A stretch of 47,994 bases of DNA from a virus (taxonomy: Duplodnaviria; Caudoviricetes): positions 1 to 47,994 of the IMG/VR virus record IMGVR_UViG_3300033067_001069; one strand, 5' to 3'. The position numbers and the translations under genes are program-made. Shown here piece after piece: positions 18,731 through 28,899 of the stretch. The notes under the pieces are model-generated. The model was not told the DNA's origin, did no database searches, and saw only the letters and a list, made by a program, of their open reading frames with translations. The first letter of the stretch is position 1. Each line of letters begins with the position of its first letter.

Positions 18731-20746
18731 TTACTCTCCAGGAGCTTTATACTTTGCGGTTGAATGGCTTTTATTCTTATATTTTTCCGTAACATGTTCA
18801 ATACCATGGGTTTTTATTTCTTCATGAATAAACTTGCAAAAATTATCTCCATTTTCACCCTTCATTTGATAGAACTCACAAAACTTCTGACACTTTACGT
18901 CTTGTTGTGTTGGGTCACACATAGGAGGAAGTTCGCATGCACTTATTTCCTCGTAACGTTTAAGGAGGAGATTGTATACCGATTCAATCTTCTCGTCATC
19001 AAAGTGGACTGTGAATGGCCCACCATCCCGAATAAAAAAGATAGTAACACTTATATTTGGAATGTTTGGATATAGTTTGCGTGTTGCATATGCATACAAC
19101 ATTAATTGGAAGTCTTTTGATAGAGCTTTGAAGTCTTTTCGTTGTCCAGTAGCCCAATTTTTTCTCTGACCCGTATTATGAGTTGGAATATAGTTCTCAG
19201 TACACAGATATGTATGAGACGGACTATCAACCATAATACATTGGGTGTACGTTTTATTAGGCAACTTTTCTATTTTCTTAATAACTCTATATGAGGATTG
19301 GCCACTACCCCAATTACCAATTTTTTCTGATTTTCTAGGAAGTAGAAAAGGATTTATATCAATTGGTCTAAAACTAATCGGATATACTAAAATATCCTTA
19401 TTAAATAAAAACCGTTTTACTAAGGCTTGATTTGGACGTTGTCCAAGTGATAAAAGAAGTTTTTTAACATTATCAGATAATATCTTATTACAAGATGTAA
19501 ATACTGCTTGTTTTCTACAGATATTAACATTTCCATCTGAATCCATCAATCCTCTTAATAGGTCTAATCTTTGTGAGATAGAGGCTTCTAAATAAATAGA
19601 AGGAATATGTTTATTATTCAATAATCCTAATTTTCTTAATTTACCTCTTAATCCAAAGATAGTTCTTTGTTCACAGGGCGTTTTTGATGATGGAGATGCA
19701 ATATTTGGACCAACTTTATATCCTCTACGTCTAATTTCATTAAAAATGAATGAGTCATTATTACTAATTTCTCCGTTTCTGGAGCGGCCATCTCCGAGCC
19801 ATACTCCAAGAACATATGGGTCTATTGGTAGTTCTTTATACTCATAAGATACTGGTTTAGTTATATCTATTTTATCATTGTATTTTAAATCAGTTACTTT
19901 TACTGTAGATGAATTATTCAGTAACCATAGATGTTCGTCATCACAAATAACTTGACTATTATCATCAAATGTTATCCTATAACATTCTTTGTGTTTAACC
20001 TGTGACTTACCAATAACTCTAGTTTGGTTACCATCTTTATCAAAGATAATATCTCCCTCTTCTAATTCCCCCATTGTTGACCAACCATTAACTGTTGGAA
20101 TTTTTGTATCTAATGGTAGTCCCTTCCAATCTACTATCTCAATAGAATCATCGCTCGGCTTCGTTAATAAGTCAATAGTCCCCTTAATACTAAATGGTCC
20201 TAAATCAAAGTCAAAATGTTGTTCAGCTTCCAATATATTCAACTTGCGTGGGTCTAATATTCCACCCTTATATTCAAGGGGAATCCATGTCCAGTTCAGA
20301 CAGTCAATTCTATCTGTATTATTCCATTTTACTGGACTTCTACTACTATAGTAGTTATAGGATAGATTGAAGATATGTTCTATGATATCTACACCAGTCC
20401 TTACCATCCCATATTCCACATTACACTTTGACTTATATGTGTATGGATTAGACCTACTACTATTAATGTTAGCAACATCCAGCACTGAAAGTTTAGTCGT
20501 TTTATTCCAATCAGATTCGGAAAATGATAACGTCCCAATATTATCATCAACAATCTCATACTTGCCGAATTTTTTATATGATTGGTTTAGTAGGGCAAGA
20601 CATTCCATGACTTTATGGACTACTGTTCCTTTATCAGCGGATTTTGGAGCTGGCTTAGTAATCCCCAAAACGTACGTCATAAAGTACTGGGCGGCACAGA
20701 AGTCCCAGTTATTATAGCTCGAACTTCGGATATATGAAACTTCCAT
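18731..20746 (-). CDS. Cas4/RecB-like PD-(D/E)XK exonuclease containing an intein
   Basis: GTVVHKVME, GTIDLL, DWK|TG, QLMLY, N- and C-terminal Cys; start M12 preferred. Confidence 0.85.
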   Translation of the reverse strand: MEVSYIRSSSYNNWDFCAAQYFMTYVLGITKPAPKSADKGTVVHKVMECLALLNQSYKKFGKYEIVDDNIGTLSFSESDWNKTTKLSVLDVANINSSRSNPYTYKSKCNVEYGMVRTGVDIIEHIFNLSYNYYSSRSPVKWNNTDRIDCLNWTWIPLEYKGGILDPRKLNILEAEQHFDFDLGPFSIKGTIDLLTKPSDDSIEIVDWKGLPLDTKIPTVNGWSTMGELEEGDIIFDKDGNQTRVIGKSQVKHKECYRITFDDNSQVICDDEHLWLLNNSSTVKVTDLKYNDKIDITKPVSYEYKELPIDPYVLGVWLGDGRSRNGEISNNDSFIFNEIRRRGYKVGPNIASPSSKTPCEQRTIFGLRGKLRKLGLLNNKHIPSIYLEASISQRLDLLRGLMDSDGNVNICRKQAVFTSCNKILSDNVKKLLLSLGQRPNQALVKRFLFNKDILVYPISFRPIDINPFLLPRKSEKIGNWGSGQSSYRVIKKIEKLPNKTYTQCIMVDSPSHTYLCTENYIPTHNTGQRKNWATGQRKDFKALSKDFQLMLYAYATRKLYPNIPNISVTIFFIRDGGPFTVHFDDEKIESVYNLLLKRYEEISACELPPMCDPTQQDVKCQKFCEFYQMKGENGDNFCKFIHEEIKTHGIEHVTEKYKNKSHSTAKYKAPGE
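19175..20122 (-). mobile_element. class 3 intein (316 aa) with LAGLIDADG endonuclease
   Basis: Starts GLPLDTKIPT; HLW, TQCIMV, PTHN|T; LGVWLGDG and LRGLMDSDG motifs. Confidence 0.88.
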
Positions 20747-21519
20747 TAAACCTCCAAAGGTATATGAGATGTGAACCACTTCTTTTCATATAAGAAGTTT
20801 AGAATTTCCTGGTTTTTTTCTTCTAGGGAAACGTCTTTCCCAATCACTAAGTCAAAATTTGACTTGTCAGCATTTCGAATTTCATTCTCACTTTTATGTT
20901 TATCTTTTCCAACATCTCTATCTAGTTTAATGATGAGAGAATTATGATTCTTCAGGACATTCACTTCATTCAAAAATCTACAATCGTCAATTACCGCAAT
21001 ATCAGAGCCATCACTCTCAATACTATTCAATAGTTTATCAATCCAAATAGTATCATATAATGAACGGAATAGTCCGGTCCCAATTTCTTGCATAAAATCT
21101 CGCCCACTCATAAAGCCTGTCTTTCCAGTATTATACGGAACATCTTCCCACTTATATTGGGTTGGAAGATTTTTTTGGGCATCACTTCCATAAATTTGGT
21201 CATATGGAATGTTAAATAGGTCAACACACAATTCCTTCAATGGATTGGCAAATGAATATACTTTAATATATGGCCAGATATATTCTGATGCATATCCAGC
21301 AAAATCTTTATCTTTTCTTGAAAAGTCAAAAACTCCACTATCATTTCCATTATCGAGGGGGATAACTATTTTACCCTTTTCATTCTGAGAGAATGACCTA
21401 AACATTGGTTCATCTTTATGCATTCTCCCTATCTGGGATATTACATATGCAGATACAAAATGTGCTCCACTTGTTTTACCAGATTGTTTAGTCCCAGCAA
21501 ACGCTAGTATTTGTGTCAT
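20746..21519 (-). CDS. deoxynucleoside monophosphate kinase
   Basis: AGTKQSGKT P-loop, FANPLKE, RDFMQEIGT, DDCRFLNE, HKSE. Confidence 0.85.
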   Translation of the reverse strand: MTQILAFAGTKQSGKTSGAHFVSAYVISQIGRMHKDEPMFRSFSQNEKGKIVIPLDNGNDSGVFDFSRKDKDFAGYASEYIWPYIKVYSFANPLKELCVDLFNIPYDQIYGSDAQKNLPTQYKWEDVPYNTGKTGFMSGRDFMQEIGTGLFRSLYDTIWIDKLLNSIESDGSDIAVIDDCRFLNEVNVLKNHNSLIIKLDRDVGKDKHKSENEIRNADKSNFDLVIGKDVSLEEKNQEILNFLYEKKWFTSHIPLEV

Positions 21520-21523
21520 ATAT

Positions 21524-22630
21524 CTAAATTCCTATATCTTTGAATACTTTCTTAACTTCTAAATCTTCCATTTCACCAAAATCCTTCTTAGAAGGAATAA
21601 TATCAATTATATTGAACATTCTCTTGCATTCATTTCTAATTCTTTCTCTCGCATCATTGCCAGCATCATCATTGTCCGTAGCAATTACTAAATTCAATAT
21701 TCCAGAACTCTGCAATTTCTGCGATTGTCCAGCCGTAAATTTAGTCCCTAAAAGGGCAACACAATTATATATTCCGCATTGTACTAACTTCCAAACGTCA
21801 GGAGCACCCTCAACAAGAATAATAGTGTCCAGAGGTTTTCCACGGAGCGTCCAAAAATTATATAGATAGTCCTCTATTGAGGAGGATGTATTTCTCCATT
21901 TACTACCATTAAGAATTTCCATATTTGTGATTGGACAGTGCGTTGAAGGATTGTGAAAATAATTACATTTTCCACACTTATCATAGATTGAGCGACCAGT
22001 ACATCCAATAATAGATTTACCGTCATCATCGTATAGAGGAACAATAACACGGTTAAAGTATGGCTTAGAACTGTCTATGCAAGTTCCTACGTCATAAGAT
22101 TTTAGGACATCTTTAGAAAAGCCGCGTTTTTGGAAATAGAGGGCTGGAATTTCTATTTGACGGCGAAGATATTCTGGTGTGAGAATTGTTTTTTGCTTTT
22201 CTGTTTTTGGAGTAAGGGTTTTACACACCTGGATGAATTTGCCCTTCTCATCAAATGAGTCCAACTGCTCCATTGTTGAGGGGCCGACGCCTGTAAATTT
22301 GGCCGCCCATTCAACTGCATTTGCAAATGGAATATTCCGATATGCCTGAATAAGTGAAATAAGGGACGCGCCTTTCGGAGTCCCCCATTTTTCATGGCAA
22401 CCATGAGTAAAACACTTCCAATTACCAACCCCGCGTTTTAATATAGAAAATCCTTGAGGATTATCGCCATCGTGGATTGGACATGCCATAGATAAGTGGT
22501 CGGGCATGTCAAGATATTTAGAAGAAATTCCAAGCTCCTCAATTAATTCAGGAGCACGTTCCGCTAATCTATTCGATATCTCCTCCAAATCATACGATTT
22601 CGTTGCTCCCTTCGTTATCATCGGCCGCAC
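21524..22630 (-). CDS. dnaG: DNA primase (DnaG-type)
   Basis: CPIHDGD..CFTHGC zinc finger; TOPRIM VEGAPD, DNDDAG. Confidence 0.9.
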   Translation of the reverse strand: MRPMITKGATKSYDLEEISNRLAERAPELIEELGISSKYLDMPDHLSMACPIHDGDNPQGFSILKRGVGNWKCFTHGCHEKWGTPKGASLISLIQAYRNIPFANAVEWAAKFTGVGPSTMEQLDSFDEKGKFIQVCKTLTPKTEKQKTILTPEYLRRQIEIPALYFQKRGFSKDVLKSYDVGTCIDSSKPYFNRVIVPLYDDDGKSIIGCTGRSIYDKCGKCNYFHNPSTHCPITNMEILNGSKWRNTSSSIEDYLYNFWTLRGKPLDTIILVEGAPDVWKLVQCGIYNCVALLGTKFTAGQSQKLQSSGILNLVIATDNDDAGNDARERIRNECKRMFNIIDIIPSKKDFGEMEDLEVKKVFKDIGI

Positions 22631-23972
22631 CCTTTAATCCAATTTCTGATATTTGGGAGATTTCTCTATTCACTTGAAAATTTATATGTTGACCGGGCTG
22701 TAATTTAGGACCAAATCTAGCATCATGAACATACATTCTTCTATTACCGTTTTGAATGCCGCCATCCTCACCAATCATCTCAGATGTTTTCTCAATAAAT
22801 GATACGAAGCTATGACATAGCCAGCGAAGTCTATCAGACTGACTTATTTCTTCCTGTCTATTTAACTGAACGAAAGCAAGAGTTGAAAAGTTAAATTCTT
22901 TTGCGAAGTTTGTAAAATCTGATATTTGGTATCCAAGGGCCTCATACTCTTTAAGAGATGATAGGTCACTCTTATCCATAAGTTTAAAGTAGTCATAAAC
23001 TATAAGACACGGGTTTCCAACCCCAACATACTTAACAATCCATCGTCGGATAATCGACATTATTTGCTCGAATTTTTTACCAGGAACATTCTTGTAGAAG
23101 AATAGTTTATTTGCTTTTAGTTCCTCATATGCATTTAGGAACATACCCTTTAATAGGTCAGACTTACTAAACTTTCCTGTCTCAATTACATTGATTGGGA
23201 TACGAGCAGAAGACGCTAACGTCCGAATAAATGTGTCTCTTTGTTCCATTTCTGTGTCAATATATAGAACTGGAATATTTAGTTTATTCGTAACGTGCAT
23301 TATTAGTTCTTTAGCTAGAGTGCTTTTCCCACATTTAGGCCGTGCCCCAATCATGTTAACACCACCAACTCTAAAACCACCACCAATCGCCGCATTATAA
23401 ATAGGCCATGGAGTAGGAATACCTACATTATCAATTTGATTATTAAGAATGAATTGGACATACTCATCCATACCATCAGCAATAAGAGTAGGCTCATCTG
23501 ATTTTCCATCAGAATTTAAAAGTAGGTCGAAAACTGGTTTCTCCGAAATTCCAATAATCTCATCAATAGATTCCGAGCCTTTAAGATTAGCTAGTGCATC
23601 ATAGGCTTCTTTATGCTTTATTTGGGCTGTCCTTGCAAACTCTAATTTTGCCAGTCGTTTTCCATATCCCCTAATATTCTCAAAGTTAATAGGAAAAAGA
23701 AATAGTGAGTTTATGAATTCTAAATCCTTCTTTGACTTCGCGACAACATCGTATACGTTTAGTTCTCTGCTCGATGTAATCAGAGATTGAATGTCAATCT
23801 GCGGGTTTTTATACGCCGCGTCCTTTAAGCACTTAAAGAGGATTTGATTACTTGAATCAGTGAACGTATTTACATTCACAATGTCATCAACTTCCATCAG
23901 TCCTGTCTTGCCAAACCTTGCAATACCTGATAGTACCGCTCTTTCTGTTCCTATATCAGCTAGCATATCCAC
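22590..23972 (-). CDS. dnaB: replicative DnaB-like helicase
   Basis: ERAVLS, GARPKCGKS, DTEM, YDYFKLM, VQLNR. Confidence 0.92.
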   Translation of the reverse strand: MDMLADIGTERAVLSGIARFGKTGLMEVDDIVNVNTFTDSSNQILFKCLKDAAYKNPQIDIQSLITSSRELNVYDVVAKSKKDLEFINSLFLFPINFENIRGYGKRLAKLEFARTAQIKHKEAYDALANLKGSESIDEIIGISEKPVFDLLLNSDGKSDEPTLIADGMDEYVQFILNNQIDNVGIPTPWPIYNAAIGGGFRVGGVNMIGARPKCGKSTLAKELIMHVTNKLNIPVLYIDTEMEQRDTFIRTLASSARIPINVIETGKFSKSDLLKGMFLNAYEELKANKLFFYKNVPGKKFEQIMSIIRRWIVKYVGVGNPCLIVYDYFKLMDKSDLSSLKEYEALGYQISDFTNFAKEFNFSTLAFVQLNRQEEISQSDRLRWLCHSFVSFIEKTSEMIGEDGGIQNGNRRMYVHDARFGPKLQPGQHINFQVNREISQISEIGLKGAADDNEGSNEIV

Positions 23973-24480
23973 CCTTCTTCAAAATACATTTGTCACACGT
24001 ATATTCACCATCGCGTAGTAACTGGCGAGATACCTCTAATGTTCGCCCGCATGTGCCACTACACTGGATTTTAACAAGGCCCGGCGGCCGTGTTCTTTTA
24101 GAAACTTTCGTAAGCTTCTTTAATTTCTTATTTATCGGGTCTTTTTTATCTGTTTTTCCATCATCAAAAAACTTCTGTTTTAAACAGATTGGTTCACTAC
24201 GAGTAAAAGTCCCAACAACATTACCATTCTCGTCTGTTTTCTGTCGTTTTTGGACAGGCTTTTTATTAGCGCGAAAAATATGGTCAGAGTCATCGTCCTT
24301 TTTGGACGGGACAGCTTTCTTCTTAGGAGATTTTTTCGGCGGTGGCTTCTTTTTTACACTCTTTTTTTTTCTATTAACCTTTTTAGGTTCGGAAAGCTCA
24401 ATAATGTTTAATAAATCTGTATCGCCCTTTAATTTAGCATATTCTTTAAGAGCATCTACTAGGGCATTCTTTTTTGCCAT
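23956..24480 (-). CDS. hypothetical Lys-rich protein with C-terminal Zn finger
   Basis: CSGTC..CDKC; coupled to neighbours. Confidence 0.6.
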   Translation of the reverse strand: MAKKNALVDALKEYAKLKGDTDLLNIIELSEPKKVNRKKKSVKKKPPPKKSPKKKAVPSKKDDDSDHIFRANKKPVQKRQKTDENGNVVGTFTRSEPICLKQKFFDDGKTDKKDPINKKLKKLTKVSKRTRPPGLVKIQCSGTCGRTLEVSRQLLRDGEYTCDKCILKKGGYAS

Positions 24481-24863
24481 TGTTCGTCATCCTCATTGTA
24501 CGGAAGTTCGATATAAGTTATCTTATTTAACTCACACCATCTACGTTTGTTTTTATCTTTAGCTTGCCCCTTTTTAAGGTCGGCGTCAGAAGAATGGAAC
24601 AAACTATTATATTCATAATGTTGTTCGCCATGCACCTCAAACATTAACTTTCTTTTTGGGATGAAGAAATCTGCCCGAAGCTGAGAGGAAGAATTTACAT
24701 TAGTTCCTGGTAGGTCAACCTCTTCCAAGATTATATCGAATGGATATACTTCTTTAATTACTTTCCTCGCCCTTACATGATATGAGGAGCAAGACGAAAA
24801 ATCCCGCGCTGTGTTCACGGGATTCCACTTATAAACCTTGTTATTTAATCCTAATACTTCCAC
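24459..24863 (-). CDS. DUF559/Vsr-like endonuclease-fold protein
   Basis: ADFFIP, EVHGEQHY, KDKNKRRWCELN. Confidence 0.7.
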   Translation of the reverse strand: MEVLGLNNKVYKWNPVNTARDFSSCSSYHVRARKVIKEVYPFDIILEEVDLPGTNVNSSSQLRADFFIPKRKLMFEVHGEQHYEYNSLFHSSDADLKKGQAKDKNKRRWCELNKITYIELPYNEDDEQWQKRMP

Positions 24864-25928
24864 TTATGATAATTCCTTAATTCGCTCAAAGAGATATTTC
24901 TTAACCTTTTCATTTTCGGAAAGAAAATTCTTAGTTTTTTCTTGACCTTGAAATGTAATGGCTTTTCTCTTCTTTTCTGAATCGGTTAATAGAGGAAAAA
25001 GATGGGTCATTAGTTGTTCATTTTGAAGCATAAAGTCTAATGTATACCATGCACCCGCCTTACTTATTAAGCCTAGCTCTATACCAACTGTTGCTAATTC
25101 CATTTCCTCGTCAAGTCCGTGCCCGAATCTTAAATAGGAATCGAAGATAGCACCGGGTTGAGATAGTGGTGAACCCATTACTTCCCATGTAAGTATATTT
25201 CCGATTTGTTTGTCGTCGGACTCAAGCCACTTCTTCGCGGTCCTACAGCGAAGTTTTGTATCGAACTGATATTTTATTTTTTGGCCGCCGTCTTCAATAT
25301 ACGGTTGCCCATAGCCAGACGTATTAGCGATAAGATGCTGGATAATAATTACGATAACATCATTAGCAGGAACGACGCCACCCATCTGTCGGCAAAAGGA
25401 TGCTAATAGTTTTGGGCCGTCTGCTCTACCAGTCGCCGTAATTTCTTTTGAGAATTCATTGGCAGAACAAAGGGCGGAAGCACTGTCTAAAATAACAACA
25501 CATCCTGGGTGTGACTTAATTATATGGACGGCGTGATTTAGATAGTCTTCTGCCGTAAGAATGTTACCCTTTTCACTTTGAACTATCTTACAAAGGTCGA
25601 GGTTAAAATCTTTTACGCCTAAGAGGTCGCGAGGTTTTATACGGCCCTCAATAGAGAAATAATATACGTACTTCCCATATAGTTTTTGAGCATTACTTGC
25701 TATTTGTAGAGCGGAGACTGTTTTTCCAGCCTTGGGCGGCCCGCTTAAAATAGTAAATGTACCCTCCAATATTCCACCGCCGATATTTAAGTCGACGCAT
25801 GGACTGACCGGCACAACACATCTTTCTTTTTCTATTAACTTTGTAGAGTCATAAATAGGAGGATTTCCCTCATACTTCTTTAGTAACTCTTTTACTACTT
25901 TATCTGCGACCTCTTTTTGACTTGGCAT
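24864..25928 (-). CDS. recA: RecA-like recombinase
   Basis: GGGILEG, GPPKAGKT, ILDSASAL, GGQKIKY, KAGAWY. Confidence 0.9.
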   Translation of the reverse strand: MPSQKEVADKVVKELLKKYEGNPPIYDSTKLIEKERCVVPVSPCVDLNIGGGILEGTFTILSGPPKAGKTVSALQIASNAQKLYGKYVYYFSIEGRIKPRDLLGVKDFNLDLCKIVQSEKGNILTAEDYLNHAVHIIKSHPGCVVILDSASALCSANEFSKEITATGRADGPKLLASFCRQMGGVVPANDVIVIIIQHLIANTSGYGQPYIEDGGQKIKYQFDTKLRCRTAKKWLESDDKQIGNILTWEVMGSPLSQPGAIFDSYLRFGHGLDEEMELATVGIELGLISKAGAWYTLDFMLQNEQLMTHLFPLLTDSEKKRKAITFQGQEKTKNFLSENEKVKKYLFERIKELS

Positions 25929-26362
25929 TAATCCCTCAACTTTGAAAATTTATCGTTCTTTTTAGTAAAGACTACAGGTGCCTGTTCTGTACCTGATATT
26001 TCCAAAGGTTTTGCCGCATTTTCTTCAATTACAGTTTTCTCTGCGTCTACTTTACGTTGTTCTTCCTCTAAGAGATAGTCCAACTTCTTGTTATGAAGGG
26101 ATGCTATATATTGTCCCTGAGTAGAGTTGAGAGCACGAAGCACTACATGGTAGTCATACCCAGCTTTCTTGAGTGCTTCAACCCTCATTTTCTGGATTCT
26201 AAAAGTTTTTGCCCACTGAATAAATGATGGGTCTTTCCAAAATCGGTCTGGTAGAGAAACTTTCCTCCATTTTGCCTGCCTAGCTACCACTAGTTCCGCT
26301 ATATATTGAGCAATATTTATGTCTGACTCTGCGCCAAATAGGCTCTTAAAAGTGTTTTCCAA
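25928..26362 (-). CDS. hypothetical protein
   Basis: 144 aa ORF in operon. Confidence 0.6.
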   Translation of the reverse strand: MENTFKSLFGAESDINIAQYIAELVVARQAKWRKVSLPDRFWKDPSFIQWAKTFRIQKMRVEALKKAGYDYHVVLRALNSTQGQYIASLHNKKLDYLLEEEQRKVDAEKTVIEENAAKPLEISGTEQAPVVFTKKNDKFSKLRD

Positions 26363-26781
26363 ATTATAGATTCCTCATTTTTATTAATATTGAGTATTTC
26401 TGTTTCCGATGGAATAAATTCAGGAATTCTCCACTTAATAGTGTGGATTTTATTATCCTTAACTACACCTAATCTCCAAAAACTATATTGGGGTGTTGGA
26501 TAGTACGCACGAACACCCTGCCTAAAAAAATAACCATCTGCATTATCAGAAAGATTAAACATATTAGAGCGAAAACCAAATCGAAATTTTTCGATAAATA
26601 GACTTTTTATTATACAGTAATCTTGCAGTCTTTTCCAAGCAGAAACTTCCTCATTTTCCCATCTACCATCGTCGCGATATACATTTTGTCCATCAGACAA
26701 TGTAGCTATCCAAATTGGATTACCCTCTCTATATTCAGTAATCCAGTCGTCATTTTGAAATGATAAAGGTATATTACTCAT
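26317..26781 (-). CDS. hypothetical protein
   Basis: ORF in operon; ATG 26781 preferred. Confidence 0.6.
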   Translation of the reverse strand: MSNIPLSFQNDDWITEYREGNPIWIATLSDGQNVYRDDGRWENEEVSAWKRLQDYCIIKSLFIEKFRFGFRSNMFNLSDNADGYFFRQGVRAYYPTPQYSFWRLGVVKDNKIHTIKWRIPEFIPSETEILNINKNEESIIWKTLLRAYLAQSQT

Positions 26782-26791
26782 TAGGGCACTA

Positions 26792-27133
26792 TTATTCTGA
26801 ATAAGGTTTATATACGTGGGATGGAGAATCGTTTGATTTCTTTTTCTTAGTTGCGTCGGCAATTTCAGAGGCAGTTTGCGTCATAACGACTGGCCCCTTA
26901 TTACCCTTACCGTCAGTCTTTCTCTTTAGAGCATTTCTAAACATTGTGTCGCCCCGCTTTTTATCTTTTTCAGCTTGAGCAGCGGCAACCTTTTTTCCAT
27001 TCTCATCATCTAAAACTTTTTGAATTATCTTCGCGGGTTTATTTAGTCGTTTTGCCAGAGCTATAGCATCTAATTCGTCTGGATTATTTCGTACGTAAAA
27101 TTCTTCTGCTATACTTAACTTTTGTTGTGCCAT
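26792..27133 (-). CDS. hypothetical protein
   Basis: 113 aa ORF. Confidence 0.6.
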   Translation of the reverse strand: MAQQKLSIAEEFYVRNNPDELDAIALAKRLNKPAKIIQKVLDDENGKKVAAAQAEKDKKRGDTMFRNALKRKTDGKGNKGPVVMTQTASEIADATKKKKSNDSPSHVYKPYSE

Positions 27134-27144
27134 ATATTTATACC

Positions 27145-27432
27145 TTATATTAATCTTTCTGCCTGACGAAGAGTCGCCCCTTTTCTACTTTTTAAGAATC
27201 CCAAATATAATTCATATATACTGTCAGAAACTTTTAATAGCTTCCACCTCATATGTGGGCGGTCGTAAAATAGTCCAGCCGTGTATGGATTATACAGTGT
27301 GCCGCCGGAACATAATACGTAATATGTATACGTCTGTGACTCTTCGCTATATACGCTTTTTGCTAGAATTTTTTCCTTACTATCTTCAGATAGTTCCTTC
27401 CCATCAATTCCTATATTTGTAGTTATATTCAT
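27145..27432 (-). CDS. hypothetical protein
   Basis: 95 aa ORF. Confidence 0.6.
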   Translation of the reverse strand: MNITTNIGIDGKELSEDSKEKILAKSVYSEESQTYTYYVLCSGGTLYNPYTAGLFYDRPHMRWKLLKVSDSIYELYLGFLKSRKGATLRQAERLI

Positions 27433-27743
27433 ATTTTTTCTTTCTCCATAGAGATTACAGATACGAATGTATTTTCAACAGGACAGTCTGTATCCGATTT
27501 ACTTATTACGAGTTTGTCAGCCGCCCCAACATACATTTTTCCTTCTACTAAATACTTGAAGGATTTGTCACTACAGTAAGGACATACCACTATTAAATAG
27601 TTTTTTACTGGCGAGTCTTTTACCTTAATAATATTCAATAGCTTTTTATTACAGTTTCCACATCTAATGTGGTCCTCTTTAATAATCTTATAACCAAGAC
27701 TTTCTTTAGTTGTAAGGTCTACTGTAGCAATTAAATCGGTCAT
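27429..27743 (-). CDS. zinc-ribbon protein
   Basis: CGNC..CPYC. Confidence 0.6.
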   Translation of the reverse strand: MTDLIATVDLTTKESLGYKIIKEDHIRCGNCNKKLLNIIKVKDSPVKNYLIVVCPYCSDKSFKYLVEGKMYVGAADKLVISKSDTDCPVENTFVSVISMEKEKI

Positions 27744-28189
27744 TCTATTGTTCCATCCTTAATGTACTTTTTGATTTTCTTTTTTGATTCTAAGACTGGA
27801 GCAAGTTCCTTTGAAAGGTTCTTTCCCTCAGGGTTATACCATGGATTTTTAGGAGGTGGAAGTTCCTCAGCACTTTCCTTAATTAGGCCAGCCTTCTTCA
27901 GTCTCTCTAGTCTTGGAGCATCGTGACTAACCTTTGCTGCTCGTCTTTTATCCTCAATCTCATATTTTCCAGATTTAGCGACGTTTCTATCAGCTTGTTG
28001 TATTACAGTTGTTGGGGTGCCATATATATATGCGTGTTGCCCAGTTAGGTCTTGGTACAATTTATGCTTTTTGCATTGTGGACACTTTTTAAGTCTTTTC
28101 TCATCATGGAGTTCTTGACGGACCATAAGTTGGTGGCCGCAATTATCACACGTATAATACCTATTAATCATCAGATGACTCCAAAACAC
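27740..28189 (-). CDS. FmdB-like zinc-ribbon protein
   Basis: YYTCDNCGH..KKCPQCKK. Confidence 0.7.
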   Translation of the reverse strand: MFWSHLMINRYYTCDNCGHQLMVRQELHDEKRLKKCPQCKKHKLYQDLTGQHAYIYGTPTTVIQQADRNVAKSGKYEIEDKRRAAKVSHDAPRLERLKKAGLIKESAEELPPPKNPWYNPEGKNLSKELAPVLESKKKIKKYIKDGTIE

Positions 28190-28502
28190 TCTTGTTTTTA
28201 TTTATAAAAAGTTGATGGGTACATATACACCCACCTTCTTGGAACTCTTTATATGCGGCAGTTTTTTCTTTTTCAGTAAGACGTTGTATTGGAATTGTTC
28301 TAATTACTGTACCATCTCCACTCTCATACATCCATCTCTTCCTATGTTTGGAATAGTAGGAACGTTTCCGCCCCTTAATATATACCTCGTGAAGATATTC
28401 AATCCATGGAAATCGTACATAAAAAGTATTATCCCGAAATAAAATTATCTTACTTTTAATCCTTGCCCAAAATGTACTCATAGTCAGAATCCTCTCCTTC
28501 AT
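28164..28502 (-). CDS. hypothetical protein
   Basis: Fills the gap between coupled genes. Confidence 0.5.
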   Translation of the reverse strand: MKERILTMSTFWARIKSKIILFRDNTFYVRFPWIEYLHEVYIKGRKRSYYSKHRKRWMYESGDGTVIRTIPIQRLTEKEKTAAYKEFQEGGCICTHQLFINKNKSVLESSDD

Positions 28503-28899
28503 AAATAAAGATTTGGAGATTGTATTTTTTCGCCAGGGAAATCATATTTTGAGTACCTGGAGTTTTACCATTTGTTTGGATTGCAATTAGTGCATCTGCA
28601 TAGCTAGCCATTTGTTCATTTCTAAATGTACCGGCCGCCGCATCATATTTTTCCATTTTACCAGACCACTCGTTTTTACGAGACTTTACAACGGCACCCT
28701 CTCGCGTAATATCTTTCCAATTAGCTGGAAAGGTTGTTACAGGTACTCCATTCTTCAATGCCCATTCCTTTCCAAGCTTATCTGCGCCTCTAGCTCCACC
28801 CTCAACAAGTTCAGTTATGTTGAAGGAGGAGGCTTTTATAGCTCTCTCAATTATAGATGGGTCTGTTATTTCTCTACTTCCACTTAAGATAGTCTTCAT
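28456..28899 (-). CDS. SLOG (YspA/DUF2493-like) family protein
   Basis: ILSGSR, GGARGAD, FPANW, RNEQMA, GTQNMI. Confidence 0.85.
   Translation of the reverse strand: MKTILSGSREITDPSIIERAIKASSFNITELVEGGARGADKLGKEWALKNGVPVTTFPANWKDITREGAVVKSRKNEWSGKMEKYDAAAGTFRNEQMASYADALIAIQTNGKTPGTQNMISLAKKYNLQIFIYEGEDSDYEYILGKD

Noticed and set aside
18731-20779. CRISPR-Cas system suggested by the Cas4-like gene
   Set aside because: No repeat-spacer array or other cas genes seen; solo Cas4-like nucleases are common in phage replication modules
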